DNA of 62,170 nt from Candidatus Sericytochromatia bacterium (GTDB lineage: Bacteria; Cyanobacteriota; Sericytochromatia; S15B-MN24; UBA4093). The stretch spans positions 1-62,170 of the forward strand of contig JAKFCT010000094.1 of assembly GCA_036676495.1 (NCBI GenBank). Direction: 5' to 3'. The stretch's first letter is position 1. Each line of letters opens with the position of its first letter. Shown here piece after piece: positions 1 through 9,470 of the stretch. The position numbers were made by a program, and so were the translations under genes. The notes below the pieces were generated by a model. The model searched no databases. It saw nothing but the letters and a program-made list of their open reading frames with translations, and was not told the origin of the DNA.

Positions 1-435
1 GTCGTCACGGCGGGCCTTGCGATCTACGACACCATGCAGTACATTAAGCCCGATGTCTCGACGATCTGCATGGGCCAAGCGGCCTCGATGGGTGCATTCT
101 TGCTGAATGCAGGCGCACCCGGCAAGCGGATCGCGCTGCCCAATGCCCGCATCATGATCCATCAACCTCTGGGCGGCGCTCAGGGTCAGGCGACCGATAT
201 CGAGATCCAGGCCGCCGAGATCCTGCGCCTCAAGCGTCGGTTGAATGAGCTGATGGCCATTCATTCCGGCCAGGATCTCAAGAAGATTGAGAAGGATACC
301 GACCGCGACTTCTTCCTTTCCTCCGAGGAAGCGAAGGAGTACGGTCTGATCGATGAGGTCCTTGTGCCCAAGATCGGCGCCGATAAGGTGCCGATGCCGC
401 CGGCCAAGGGAACGGGAGGGGCCAGTGCCACCTAA
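1..435 (+). CDS. clpP: ATP-dependent Clp protease proteolytic subunit (5' truncated by window)
   Basis: Frame is open from base 1 ([13 protein letters not shown]); motifs [20 protein letters not shown]; directly upstream of clpX. Confidence 0.97.
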   Translation, partial: VVTAGLAIYDTMQYIKPDVSTICMGQAASMGAFLLNAGAPGKRIALPNARIMIHQPLGGAQGQATDIEIQAAEILRLKRRLNELMAIHSGQDLKKIEKDTDRDFFLSSEEAKEYGLIDEVLVPKIGADKVPMPPAKGTGGASAT

Positions 436-1720
436 ACCACCAAAGTACGACGACAACAAGGGCCAGCCGAAGTGCTCGTTCTGCGGTAAGACGCAGGATC
501 AGGTGCGCAAGCTGATCGCGGCCCCGGGCGTCTACATCTGCGACGAATGCGTCGACCTCTGCAACGAGATCCTCGATGAGGAGCTCTACGAGGGGCAGCG
601 CAACGCCGAAACCCCGGCCGTGGAAATGGGGGAGATCCCCAAGCCCAAGGCCATCAAGAAGAGCCTGGACGCTCACATCGTCGGTCAGGACCTGGCCAAG
701 AAGGCGCTCTCCGTGGCGGTCTACAACCACTACAAGCGCATCTCGGTCAAGGACGTCGAAGGCGACGAAGTCGAGATCGCCAAGAGCAACATCCTCTTGA
801 TCGGGCCCACCGGCTCGGGCAAGACGCTCTTGGCCCAGACCCTGGCTCGCATGCTCAACGTGCCCTTCGCCATCGCGGATGCCACCACCCTCACGGAGGC
901 CGGCTACGTGGGCGAAGACGTCGAGAACATCCTCCTGCGCTTGCTGCAGGCGGCGGACTACGACGTGAAGCGCGCCGAGCGCGGCATCGTCTACATCGAC
1001 GAGATCGATAAGATCGCCAAGAAGTCCGAGAACCCCTCCATCACCCGGGACGTCTCGGGCGAGGGAGTCCAGCAGGCCCTCTTGAAGATGCTCGAAGGCA
1101 CGGTCGCCAACGTGCCGCCCCAGGGCGGCCGGAAGCACCCGTACCAGGAGTTCATCCAGATCGACACGACGAACATCCTCTTCATCGTGGGGGGAGCCTT
1201 CGTCGGACTCGACAAGGTCATCGAATCGCGCGTCGGCAAGAAGTCCATGGGCTTCGGCTCGGACGTCAAGGCCAGCGAACAGAAGGACCTGGGCGCGCTC
1301 TTCCGTGAGCTGCAGCCCGAGGATCTGCTGAAGTACGGCCTGATCCCCGAGTTCATCGGCCGGATCCCGGTCACCGCAACCCTCGAGCCCCTCGATGAGG
1401 AAGCGCTGGTCAAGATCCTCAGCGAGCCGAAGAACGCCATCTCCAAGCAGTACAAGCGGCTCTTGGCGATGGACGACGTCGAACTCGACTTCACCCCGGA
1501 GGCGCTCCAGGCGATCGCCGCCGAGGCCATCAAGCGCAAGACCGGCGCCCGAGCCCTGCGCTCGATCGTCGAGGAGCTCATGGTGGACGTCATGTACGAG
1601 GCCCCGTCGCGCAGCGATCTCACCAAGATCACGGTCACCAAGGAGATGGTGGAGAACAAGAACTTCGCCAACATCCTGATGATGCCCGACGGAAAGCTTC
1701 AGCAAAAGGAAGCCTCATAG
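425..1720 (+). CDS. clpX: ATP-dependent Clp protease ATP-binding subunit ClpX
   Basis: C4 zinc finger CSFC..ICDEC, Walker [29 protein letters not shown]; GTG start at 425 after GGGAGGG, overlapping the clpP end. Confidence 0.97.
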   Translation: MPPKPPKYDDNKGQPKCSFCGKTQDQVRKLIAAPGVYICDECVDLCNEILDEELYEGQRNAETPAVEMGEIPKPKAIKKSLDAHIVGQDLAKKALSVAVYNHYKRISVKDVEGDEVEIAKSNILLIGPTGSGKTLLAQTLARMLNVPFAIADATTLTEAGYVGEDVENILLRLLQAADYDVKRAERGIVYIDEIDKIAKKSENPSITRDVSGEGVQQALLKMLEGTVANVPPQGGRKHPYQEFIQIDTTNILFIVGGAFVGLDKVIESRVGKKSMGFGSDVKASEQKDLGALFRELQPEDLLKYGLIPEFIGRIPVTATLEPLDEEALVKILSEPKNAISKQYKRLLAMDDVELDFTPEALQAIAAEAIKRKTGARALRSIVEELMVDVMYEAPSRSDLTKITVTKEMVENKNFANILMMPDGKLQQKEAS

Positions 1721-1734
1721 CCTCCTGATGCCCG

Positions 1735-1772
1735 CGTGCGGACCCCTCCGGGGGTCCGCACGTCGCGTTTTT
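1735..1772 (+). terminator. Intrinsic terminator-like hairpin between clpX and lon
   Basis: 12-bp stem cgtgcggacccc/ggggtccgcacg, followed by ttttt. Confidence 0.6.
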
Positions 1773-1818
1773 GGGGACCCTCGCTCGAAGGGTTCCCCTC
1801 ACCCCGGAAAGGATCCCG

Positions 1819-4251
1819 ATGCCCCGTAGGAAGCCTCTGCCCCCCCCTCAGCCCCCCCAAGCCCCCGTCGTCCCCCTCCGCGAGATGGTCGTCTTCCCCC
1901 AGACCGTCGTCCCCCTCCTGATCGGCCGCGAACGCTCCATCGCCTCCGTCCAGACGGCCATGAAGGGCGACAAGCGCATCGTCCTCGCCCCCCAGCGCGA
2001 CTCCTCCGTCGACGCCCCCGGCCTGGACGACCTCTGTTCCGTCGCCACCCTCGCCGAGGTCCTGCAAGCCCTTCCCCAACCCGACGGCACCCTGCGCATC
2101 ATCGTGGAGGGCAAGGAACGCGTCAAGCTGACCCGCCTTTCCGACGAGGACGATCTCACCGCCTCCTACGACGCCCTCCCCCTCGTCGTCGCTCCCTCCA
2201 CTCCGGAGATTCAGGCCCTCATCCGCGTCGTCGTCGAACAGCTCGGCCGCTACCTGGAACTCAACCAGAAGATTCCCGCCGGCATCCGCAACGTCGCCAT
2301 GGGCACTCTCGAATCCTTCGAAACCCCGCAAGAAGAGGACGAAGCCGGCACGCTCGCCGACCGGATCGCCTCGGTCCTCATGCTCAAGCCCGCCGACAAG
2401 CAAGACCTCCTTTTGACGCTCGACCCCGCCGAGCGCCTCGAAAAGCTCGCCAAGCTGCTTGCCGCCGAACTCGAAGCGCTCGCGCTCGACCATGAGATCC
2501 ACTCCCGGGTCCGCCAGACCATGGACAAGACCCAGCGCGAGTACTACCTCAAGGAGAAGCTGAAGGTCATCCAGACCGAACTCAACGGCGGAGACGAGCG
2601 CCAATCCGAGGTCGCCGAGCTGCGCGCCGCCCTGACGCGCGCCAAGCTTCCCGATGAGGCCATGCAACGCGCCGAGCGCGAACTCAATCGCCTTTCGCGC
2701 CTCAGCCCCTCCTCGGCCGAGACCGGCGTCATCCGCACCTACCTCGAAACCCTCGCAGCCCTCCCCTGGAGCAAGCGCAGCCGCGAGCGGTTGGACCTCA
2801 ACCACGCCGAGGACGTGCTCGACAGCGATCACTTCGGCCTGGAGAAGGTCAAGGAGCGGATCCTCGAGTTCCTCGCGGTCCGCAAGCTCCGCAAGGGCCA
2901 ACCCACCACCGTCCTCTGCCTCGTCGGCCCTCCGGGCGTCGGCAAGACCTCGCTCGCCCAGTCGGTCGCCAAGGCCCTCGGCCGCGAGTTTGTCCGGGTC
3001 AGCCTGGGCGGCGTCCACGACGAAGCCGAGATCCGCGGCCACCGCCGGACCTACGTCGGAGCCATGCCCGGCCGGATCATTTCCGCCCTGAAGCAGGCCG
3101 GCACCAAGAACCCGGTCTTCCTGCTCGACGAGATCGAGAAGATGGGCCGCGACCACCGGGGCAACCCCCAGGCCGCCCTCCTGGAAGTGCTCGACCCCGA
3201 GCAGAACAAGGCCTTCTCGGATCATTACCTCGAGACGACCTTCGACCTCTCGGAGGTGCTCTTCATCTGCACGGCGAACTCCACCCACCCGCTCTCCAGC
3301 CCGCTGCTGGACCGCATGGAGGTCATCCGCATCTCCGGCTACTCGGAGGATGAAAAGCTCGCCATAGCCGAGCGCCACCTCTTGCCCCAGGTGATCGCCA
3401 AGCACGGCCTTCCCGCCAAGGCCCTGAAGATCGGGGACGAGGAGCTGCGGCACGTCATCCGCGGCTGGACCCGCGAGGCCGGAGTCCGGCAGCTGGGACG
3501 CGAGCTCGCGAAGCTGGCCCGTAAGACGGCCCGCGCGGTCGTCGCCAAGGATCCCAAGCCCAAGATCACGGTCGACTCCCTGTCCAAGCTGCTGGGAGCC
3601 CCGCGCTTCAAGCTGAAGCACGATGTGCGGCACCCCGAGGTGGGCGTCGTCAACGGTCTCGCCTGGACCGAGATGGGCGGCAAGATCATGACCGTCGAGG
3701 TCATCGCGGTGAAGGGCAAGGGCACGCTGCAGCTGACGGGCCAGCTCGGAGACGTCATGCGCGAGTCGGCCCAGGCGGCGTTCACCTATGTGAAGGCGCA
3801 TCACGAGGAGCTGGGAGTGCCCGAGAAGAGCCTGACGAGCTTCGACCTGCACCTGCACGTGCCGGCCGGGGCCGTTCCCAAGGACGGGCCGTCGGCGGGC
3901 ATCGCGATCACCATGGCGATCGCCTCAGCGCTGTCGGGCCGGCCGATCCGCTCGGACATCGCCATGACTGGTGAGATCACCCTGCGCGGCCGGATCACGG
4001 CCATCGGGGGCCTCAAGGAGAAGCTGCTCGCCGCCCGCCGGGCTGAGATGCACACGGTCATCATCCCGGTCGAGAACGTGCCGGACCTCGAGGAGATCCC
4101 CGAGGACGCGCTGGAAGGCCTGCGGATCCTCCCGATGGAGCATCTCAGCGAGGCGCTCGACCTCGGCTTGCTGCCTGCCCTGGAGAAGACGGTCGCGCCG
4201 CTGGTCGAGCTGGTCGAAGACGCCCCCGAGGCGCAGCCGACGGTGAACTGA
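1819..4251 (+). CDS. lon: Lon protease (endopeptidase La)
   Basis: LON N-domain (PLREMVVFP), Walker A GPPGVGKT, RGHRRTYVGAMPG, catalytic PKDGPSAG and GGLKEK. Confidence 0.97.
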   Translation: MPRRKPLPPPQPPQAPVVPLREMVVFPQTVVPLLIGRERSIASVQTAMKGDKRIVLAPQRDSSVDAPGLDDLCSVATLAEVLQALPQPDGTLRIIVEGKERVKLTRLSDEDDLTASYDALPLVVAPSTPEIQALIRVVVEQLGRYLELNQKIPAGIRNVAMGTLESFETPQEEDEAGTLADRIASVLMLKPADKQDLLLTLDPAERLEKLAKLLAAELEALALDHEIHSRVRQTMDKTQREYYLKEKLKVIQTELNGGDERQSEVAELRAALTRAKLPDEAMQRAERELNRLSRLSPSSAETGVIRTYLETLAALPWSKRSRERLDLNHAEDVLDSDHFGLEKVKERILEFLAVRKLRKGQPTTVLCLVGPPGVGKTSLAQSVAKALGREFVRVSLGGVHDEAEIRGHRRTYVGAMPGRIISALKQAGTKNPVFLLDEIEKMGRDHRGNPQAALLEVLDPEQNKAFSDHYLETTFDLSEVLFICTANSTHPLSSPLLDRMEVIRISGYSEDEKLAIAERHLLPQVIAKHGLPAKALKIGDEELRHVIRGWTREAGVRQLGRELAKLARKTARAVVAKDPKPKITVDSLSKLLGAPRFKLKHDVRHPEVGVVNGLAWTEMGGKIMTVEVIAVKGKGTLQLTGQLGDVMRESAQAAFTYVKAHHEELGVPEKSLTSFDLHLHVPAGAVPKDGPSAGIAITMAIASALSGRPIRSDIAMTGEITLRGRITAIGGLKEKLLAARRAEMHTVIIPVENVPDLEEIPEDALEGLRILPMEHLSEALDLGLLPALEKTVAPLVELVEDAPEAQPTVN

Positions 4252-4253
4252 TC

Positions 4254-4778
4254 ATGAAGGCCTTCCGTTACTGCCCCTATTGCCGCACCGACCTCGTCAC
4301 GGAGCATCAGGAGGGCCAGGATCGCCAGCGCTGTCCCGGCTGCGGGGAGTGGTTCTACCGGAACTCCAAACCCTGCGCCGGGGCGCTGGTCGTCGACGGC
4401 CAGGGACGCCTGCTTCTGGCCCGCCGGGCCATCGAACCCTTCAAGGGGAAGTGGGACATCCCCGGCGGCTACCTCGAAGACGGCGAGCACCCCGAAGCCG
4501 GGGCGATTCGCGAGGTCCTCGAGGAGACTGGCCTCCGGGTCCGGATCACCGGCTTCGGGGGCATCTACATGGACACCTACGGAGCGGCGGGAGTCTCCAC
4601 GCTCAACGTCTTCTACGATGCCGAGGTCGACGGGGATATTCCCGGCACGCTCGCGGCGCAGGACGACGTCTCGGAGCTGGCCTGGTTCGCGCCCGAGGCT
4701 CTGCCGCTCGAGGACTTCTCGTTCGAGAACGGCAAGCGGGCGATCGCCGACTGGATCGCCCGTCGAAACTTCCGCTGA
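4254..4778 (+). CDS. Nudix hydrolase with N-terminal zinc ribbon
   Basis: CPYC...CPGC; Nudix box GGYLEDGEHPEAGAIREVLEETG. Confidence 0.92.
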   Translation: MKAFRYCPYCRTDLVTEHQEGQDRQRCPGCGEWFYRNSKPCAGALVVDGQGRLLLARRAIEPFKGKWDIPGGYLEDGEHPEAGAIREVLEETGLRVRITGFGGIYMDTYGAAGVSTLNVFYDAEVDGDIPGTLAAQDDVSELAWFAPEALPLEDFSFENGKRAIADWIARRNFR

Positions 4779-4834
4779 TTATTTCCGCTTCATTAGACGA
4801 GCGATCGAAGTTCGAGCCCCTTCTTAGGCATTTA

Positions 4835-4867
4835 AACCGACGTGATGCAAATTGCATCACGTCGGTT
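4835..4867. repeat. Perfect 16-bp inverted repeat with 1-nt spacer
   Basis: aaccgacgtgatgcaa-a-ttgcatcacgtcggtt, between convergent Nudix and S8 genes. Confidence 0.85.
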
Positions 4868-4962
4868 CTGCTTTGCGAACAGCCACTCCCTATCGCCAGT
4901 TGGAGGAGTTATCGGGAAGCAGGTCAAGACTGCTGGTTACCTAGTAGCTTTTCACACAACCT

Positions 4963-7041
4963 CTAGTTTAATGTCCACTGCCACCCATTTTTCCAACCAG
5001 ACGAAGTGTCCCCATTGCCATAAGTGGGATGATATTGGGAGCCATCCGCTTTTACTCCATTGGCAACACCTGTTACCTGGAAACTCCAAAGCCGTCTGTT
5101 CTTGAAAATGCTAGTCGCACCTGCCCAAGGACCGCCACTGTTATACGTCCAGGTCTGAATTGCGGTTCCGACCGGAAAGTTCTTCATTGGGTTGTACGGG
5201 AACCATCCTTGATTTTCACCTCCACCGGCAGCCAAACGGATTTGTGCGTAATCATCAGATGCAGGCATGTAGACTGTAAATGGATTATTCGGATCATAGG
5301 ATGAGGCTACTCCTACTGCTGCACCTGCGTTGAGGACCCTGACCTTTCTAATCCCATCCTTTGTGCTAGCGTATCGGCTTTCCATCCATCGTTCATTACC
5401 CCATGCCAAATCTGCCGTACCGATTAGAATATCTCGTACCTCTGCAGGACTAATGGTGTACGTTTTTACCAGAGCCGCAGCGGCAGCAACTAGCGGTGAA
5501 GCAAACGAAGTGCCAGATATAGGCGTGCGGGTTGCAGCCTGACCGTTATTATGGCTTCCTGCAGTGATATCTACCCCTGCAGCAGTAATATCAACTCGGT
5601 CTCCCCAATTCGAGAAATTTGCTCGATAGTTGTTTTTATCAACGGCACCAACAACAATTGCACCCGTATAAATGTTCGGGTCATAATTAATGAAATTATC
5701 TCCGTTACCTGCCGAGATAACCACCGTCACACCCGCATTCCAAGCCCTATAAGCGGCGTCTCTAAATCCCGTGTCATGCTCTAGCGTTACTCGGCCTCCA
5801 AAGTTGTATGAAAGGTTTACTACTTTAGCCCCTCTGAGGACAGCATAATCTAAGCCGCGAGTTAGGTTTATTGCCGATGAGCTATAATATACATCCCCGG
5901 TCTTAATGGGAATTATTTTTGAAGCAGGCGCTCCCCCAGTCAGCCCAAACGAATTGCTGTCCGCTGCACCCACAAGATGAGATGTATGGGTGCCATGGTA
6001 AGGATCACCACCTGTATAGCCATCTTCCCAAGTAACATTTAAGCTCGACCCTAAGCCCCACCACGCCTCAAAAAAACAACCCCGACTGTCCCAATCCCAC
6101 ACGATACCGTCTGTGCTGTCAGTTTCAAAACCATTGTCTATTACGGCTACAGTAACCCCGCTTCCCTTTGTCTGTTTCCAAGCTTCGCCAAATGAGTGTC
6201 GATTCCACCACCATATGCTAGATGGATAAGCACCGATCAAATCCTCTGTGTTACTATAATCCATTGATTGCCACGTTGCTAAGCTTGGAAAATATGAATC
6301 ATTCGCCGGCGGATTGTAAGAAACAGCCGCAAGTTCTGCGTTAATGACTATTTCCGCTGTCTTAACCCCAGGCAAGTGATTCAGTTCCTTAACAAGGCTA
6401 ATTGCAGCCTGTTTATCGAATGAAGCAAGCTTAAATATGGCATATGATTGCCTATTTGGGATATCGATTCCAGCTCTCTGCTCTAGCATTACTTCTTCGA
6501 GGTCAGGATCTATAGATACGTGGTCGTATTGTGGGTATATGTGCGAGAATTCGTGTTTTGCTAATACAGAATCAATCGCCTTTAGGTTGTTTGAATGACG
6601 TTTCCCTGCAGAAATGCCATTATTGTTTTGCTTCCCTCGAATATTGCCAGCTCCTTGCTTAACACGAACTTTCAATTCGTCATCAAATAGAACTCGAATA
6701 TAGTGCGGACGTTCGTCCGCTAGTATTTGTTGAATTTGGGAATCAGTTTGCCGAATATCAAACCGCGGTTTAACTTCTTCCGTGATGACCCTGAAATCTA
6801 CAGACTTGGCCGCGCCCCTAGGTTCCTCATTGGGATCCTTAGTTGCCATTGCTTGATTTTGAAAACCGTGCCCGACGCTTGTACCGCCAGATGGGCTGGG
6901 GTCACTATGGTCTGGGTGCCTCGGCTGAAAAGGACCACCAGTACATCCTAGTATGAGAGTGGCACTGGTCAGCACCCATGATACAAGCACTCGTTTTACG
7001 TTTGCGACATCAACGTTTGACTCGTTTTTCATTTGCAGCAT
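4963..7041 (-). CDS. S8 subtilisin-like serine peptidase, probable lipoprotein
   Basis: Catalytic motifs VIDNG, HGTH, SAGN, GTSFASP; lipobox-like ILGC; exact start uncertain. Confidence 0.85.
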   Translation of the reverse strand: MLQMKNESNVDVANVKRVLVSWVLTSATLILGCTGGPFQPRHPDHSDPSPSGGTSVGHGFQNQAMATKDPNEEPRGAAKSVDFRVITEEVKPRFDIRQTDSQIQQILADERPHYIRVLFDDELKVRVKQGAGNIRGKQNNNGISAGKRHSNNLKAIDSVLAKHEFSHIYPQYDHVSIDPDLEEVMLEQRAGIDIPNRQSYAIFKLASFDKQAAISLVKELNHLPGVKTAEIVINAELAAVSYNPPANDSYFPSLATWQSMDYSNTEDLIGAYPSSIWWWNRHSFGEAWKQTKGSGVTVAVIDNGFETDSTDGIVWDWDSRGCFFEAWWGLGSSLNVTWEDGYTGGDPYHGTHTSHLVGAADSNSFGLTGGAPASKIIPIKTGDVYYSSSAINLTRGLDYAVLRGAKVVNLSYNFGGRVTLEHDTGFRDAAYRAWNAGVTVVISAGNGDNFINYDPNIYTGAIVVGAVDKNNYRANFSNWGDRVDITAAGVDITAGSHNNGQAATRTPISGTSFASPLVAAAAALVKTYTISPAEVRDILIGTADLAWGNERWMESRYASTKDGIRKVRVLNAGAAVGVASSYDPNNPFTVYMPASDDYAQIRLAAGGGENQGWFPYNPMKNFPVGTAIQTWTYNSGGPWAGATSIFKNRRLWSFQVTGVANGVKADGSQYHPTYGNGDTSSGWKNGWQWTLN

Positions 7042-7370
7042 CCTTGCCTCGTTTTTACTATTAACTTCTGACCATCAATCGTTATTAAGTATTGTGCCCA
7101 GCGGTACGATAGTTTAACCACTGGTAATCTCTTGACTCGGACGACACTGGAGACTTAGCGGTAGCGTTCGCGAACGGCTGGTGGCTCGCAGAGCAGGGGA
7201 GCGTCGTTTAGCCGATTCAGGGTTTTAGGGGATTTGGAATCCGGATGTGGCCGGGTGAATGGCTCCACCCTATATTCTTTTTCCTATCCCCAAGTCAGAT
7301 TCATCTGCATTTCCGCTAGTTTGAAGAACCGTTTGAGGTTCAGGGATAGCGTTCGGATATTCAGCAGTAG

Positions 7371-7402
7371 AAGACCCGCCGGGGTGTAAGCCGGCGGGTC
7401 TT
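7371..7402. terminator. Hairpin inside the island
   Basis: aagacccgccgg / ccggcgggtctt 12-bp stem. Confidence 0.4.
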
Positions 7403-7681
7403 TGGTTCGAGAGGTTGGTGATGTGTTTGTGATTTATAGGATGCCATGGCCTGGCATTGGCGGCTGTTGGTAGGGCCTCATCGCTGGAGTGAGGCGACGT
7501 ACCCCCGGTTGGTCGGTTAAGCGAATAAACGTTGCTGACGGATCCGGTGGAGGAGAGCATGGCGGTGAGTGCCCCGAGGAATGGAGGTCCGCCGTGCTGA
7601 AGCCCACCATTGAAAGCGAATCGAGCCCCGAGAAGGTCGCGCCGAAGCCCTTTATCAAGGAATCATTCGCCATGAAGCTGA

Positions 7682-7859
7682 ATGCCCTGGGACAACAACC
7701 GAATAAAGCGCACATTTCCAAGACTTGTCGTGGGCGGGAAGAGGCAGTATGACTCGAAGTCTTTTCGCGGCACGGAAGTGGGCGCGTACCTCTACACCCT
7801 ACTGGAATCCGCCGAGTTAGCAGGTGTCGAGCCCAGAACTCACCTATATGCCATGGTCG
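7682..7859 (+). pseudogene. IS66-family transposase (TnpC) C-terminal remnant
   Basis: PWDNNRIKRTFPRLVVGGKRQYDSKSFRGTEVGAYLYTLLESAELAGVEP resembles the IS66 C-terminal pattern DNNxxERxxRxxxxGRKNxxxxxSxxG...YSLxESAKLxGxxP, with decayed residues. Confidence 0.7.
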
Positions 7860-8101
7860 ATTCTGCTTTCGAAGTGACGTTTTCCCGAGAAATTCGTCTA
7901 CGTCAAAGGTTAGGTTTGACTCACAGATTGTTTAACCTGGCCACACGAATTCCAAGATCATCCCATTGGGCGCAATTTGGCCCGGCGACTGAGTCACAGG
8001 ACCATTCTACTAGTTCAAAGGGACTTCGACTCGGCATAGACATTCGAGGCTTTGAAAAATCGGAGAAACGCCTTCACGCCTGAACGTCTTTTTCGAGGGT
8101 G

Positions 8102-9166
8102 TCAGTGATCCCGGTAGTACCGCTTGATATCCATGGAGATCCGTTTGATCTCTTGCTGACGGTCACGCTGAAGGCGGGCATCCTGTCGGCGCGCGTGGTG
8201 GGCCTGCTCGCGTAACAGTTTTCGATAACTATCCAGGCGCTCAGGAGTTAGCATTCCCTCGTCGAGGGCTGCCTGAACGGCACAGCCCGGCTCGGAAGCA
8301 TGGGCGCAGTCCTGGAAGCGGCAGGCTTCGGCCAGGGCCTCCACGTCGGAGAAGGTGGCTTTGAGGCCGCTCGCTCCGTCCCAGAGGCCCAACTCGCGCA
8401 TCCCGGGAGTGTCGAGTATCAAGCCGCCTCCCGGCAAGGCGTGCAACTCCCGGCGGGTGGTGGTGTGACGGCCACGGCCGTCCGCCTCGCGGATGCCACC
8501 GGTGGCGAGGAGGTCGCCGCCGAGCATCCGGTTGATGAGGGAGGACTTCCCGGCCCCTGATGAGCCGAGGAGGCCGGCGGTTCGGCCGGGGGCGATCATG
8601 TCCCGAACGGGATCGATCCCCTCTCCGGTCAAGCTGCTGGTGACAAGCACCGGAGCGAAACCAGCGAGCGTCGTGGCCTCCCGCACCTGGGAGTCGAGAT
8701 CCTCGGCGAGATCCGCTTTAGTCAGAAGGACCACTGGTTCTGCGCCGGATTCCCAGGCCAGGACCAGATAGCGCTCCAGGCGCCTCAGGTTGAAATCCTG
8801 ATTGAGGGCCATGACCAGGAAGACCAGGTCGAGGTTGGCGGCAACGATCTGTGCCACGTGGGCCACGCCGGCCGCCTTGCGCGTGAAGGAGCTGCGGCGC
8901 GGCAGGACCGCGTGGATCAGCCCCTCGTTCTCACCGAACGGGGCAAAAGCCACCCAGTCTCCCACGACCGGGAGGTCGTCTCGTTGGCCGGCTTCGTAAC
9001 GAAGCTTGCCGGCAAGCTGGGCAAGGACGACTCCGTTCTCGGCAAAGAGCTGATAGCCGCCACGAAATTCGCTTGCTACCCGAGCGGGCAGAAGCGGCGA
9101 GGTCTCGAGGGTGTCAAATTGAGCCTGGAAGCGATCGTTCCAGCCCAGGTCGCTTAATGAAAACAC
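8102..9166 (-). CDS. rsgA: Ribosome small subunit-dependent GTPase A
   Basis: Circularly permuted GTPase motifs TKAD, GSSGAGKSS, GRHTT, DTPG; Zn site CRFQDCAHASEPGC; GTG start after GGAGG. Confidence 0.93.
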   Translation of the reverse strand: MFSLSDLGWNDRFQAQFDTLETSPLLPARVASEFRGGYQLFAENGVVLAQLAGKLRYEAGQRDDLPVVGDWVAFAPFGENEGLIHAVLPRRSSFTRKAAGVAHVAQIVAANLDLVFLVMALNQDFNLRRLERYLVLAWESGAEPVVLLTKADLAEDLDSQVREATTLAGFAPVLVTSSLTGEGIDPVRDMIAPGRTAGLLGSSGAGKSSLINRMLGGDLLATGGIREADGRGRHTTTRRELHALPGGGLILDTPGMRELGLWDGASGLKATFSDVEALAEACRFQDCAHASEPGCAVQAALDEGMLTPERLDSYRKLLREQAHHARRQDARLQRDRQQEIKRISMDIKRYYRDH

Positions 9167-9211
9167 GGATGCCTCCTGCAATAGGTCGCAGGGGCCCGAA
9201 AGCGCGAAAGT

Positions 9212-9289
9212 CTAAGGCTTCAGGGACGCCTGCGACGATGGGCGAGTGGAACTGGTCGACACAAGGACCGTCATCAGTTGAGTTGACAT
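9212..9289 (-). CDS. Putative 25-aa leader peptide of rsgA (MSTQLMTVLVSTSSTRPSSQASLKP)
   Basis: Strong SD AAAGGAGGG; lies between a canonical promoter and rsgA; overlaps alternative hairpins. Confidence 0.55.
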   Translation of the reverse strand: MSTQLMTVLVSTSSTRPSSQASLKP

Positions 9290-9320
9290 GAGCGTCCCTC
9301 CTTTCATAAATTGCCCGCCC

Positions 9321-9349
9321 AGCATAGCGACGTGGCCGGATGCTGTCAA
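9321..9349 (-). promoter_or_regulatory. Sigma70-type promoter for leader-rsgA
   Basis: TTGACA-N17-TATGCT on the minus strand. Confidence 0.7.
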
Positions 9350-9470
9350 GCGAGAGGTGCCAGTGATTAGTGGCCCCGGCCAGATGCGAGTCATCTTCGA
9401 CGCTTGGCAGCGGCAACGAACCCGCTCATAATGAATCAAGCAAGCGTTGAGACAGAAAGGGAATGCAATC

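Larger units (their letters stand above)
4779..8100. mobile_element. Low-GC, probably horizontally acquired segment (degraded island)
   Basis: Abrupt AT enrichment and loss of G/C-ending codons relative to the flanks; contains an IS66 remnant; boundaries approximate. Confidence 0.7.

Noticed and set aside
278-3858. Long antisense ORFs (278-1705, 1699-3858; likewise 26025-28907, 28939-30993, 36966-38945, 39858-42281, 58330-60210)
   Set aside because: They mirror well-identified genes and are expected from high-GC codon bias; no motifs or start signals of their own
7206-7219. Exact 14-mer tgaatcggctaaac shared with 46172-46185
   Set aside because: Single short match, different distances to the downstream genes, not palindromic; chance not excluded
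7270-7752. Short ORFs in the island
   Set aside because: No recognisable motifs or start signals; likely decayed sequence
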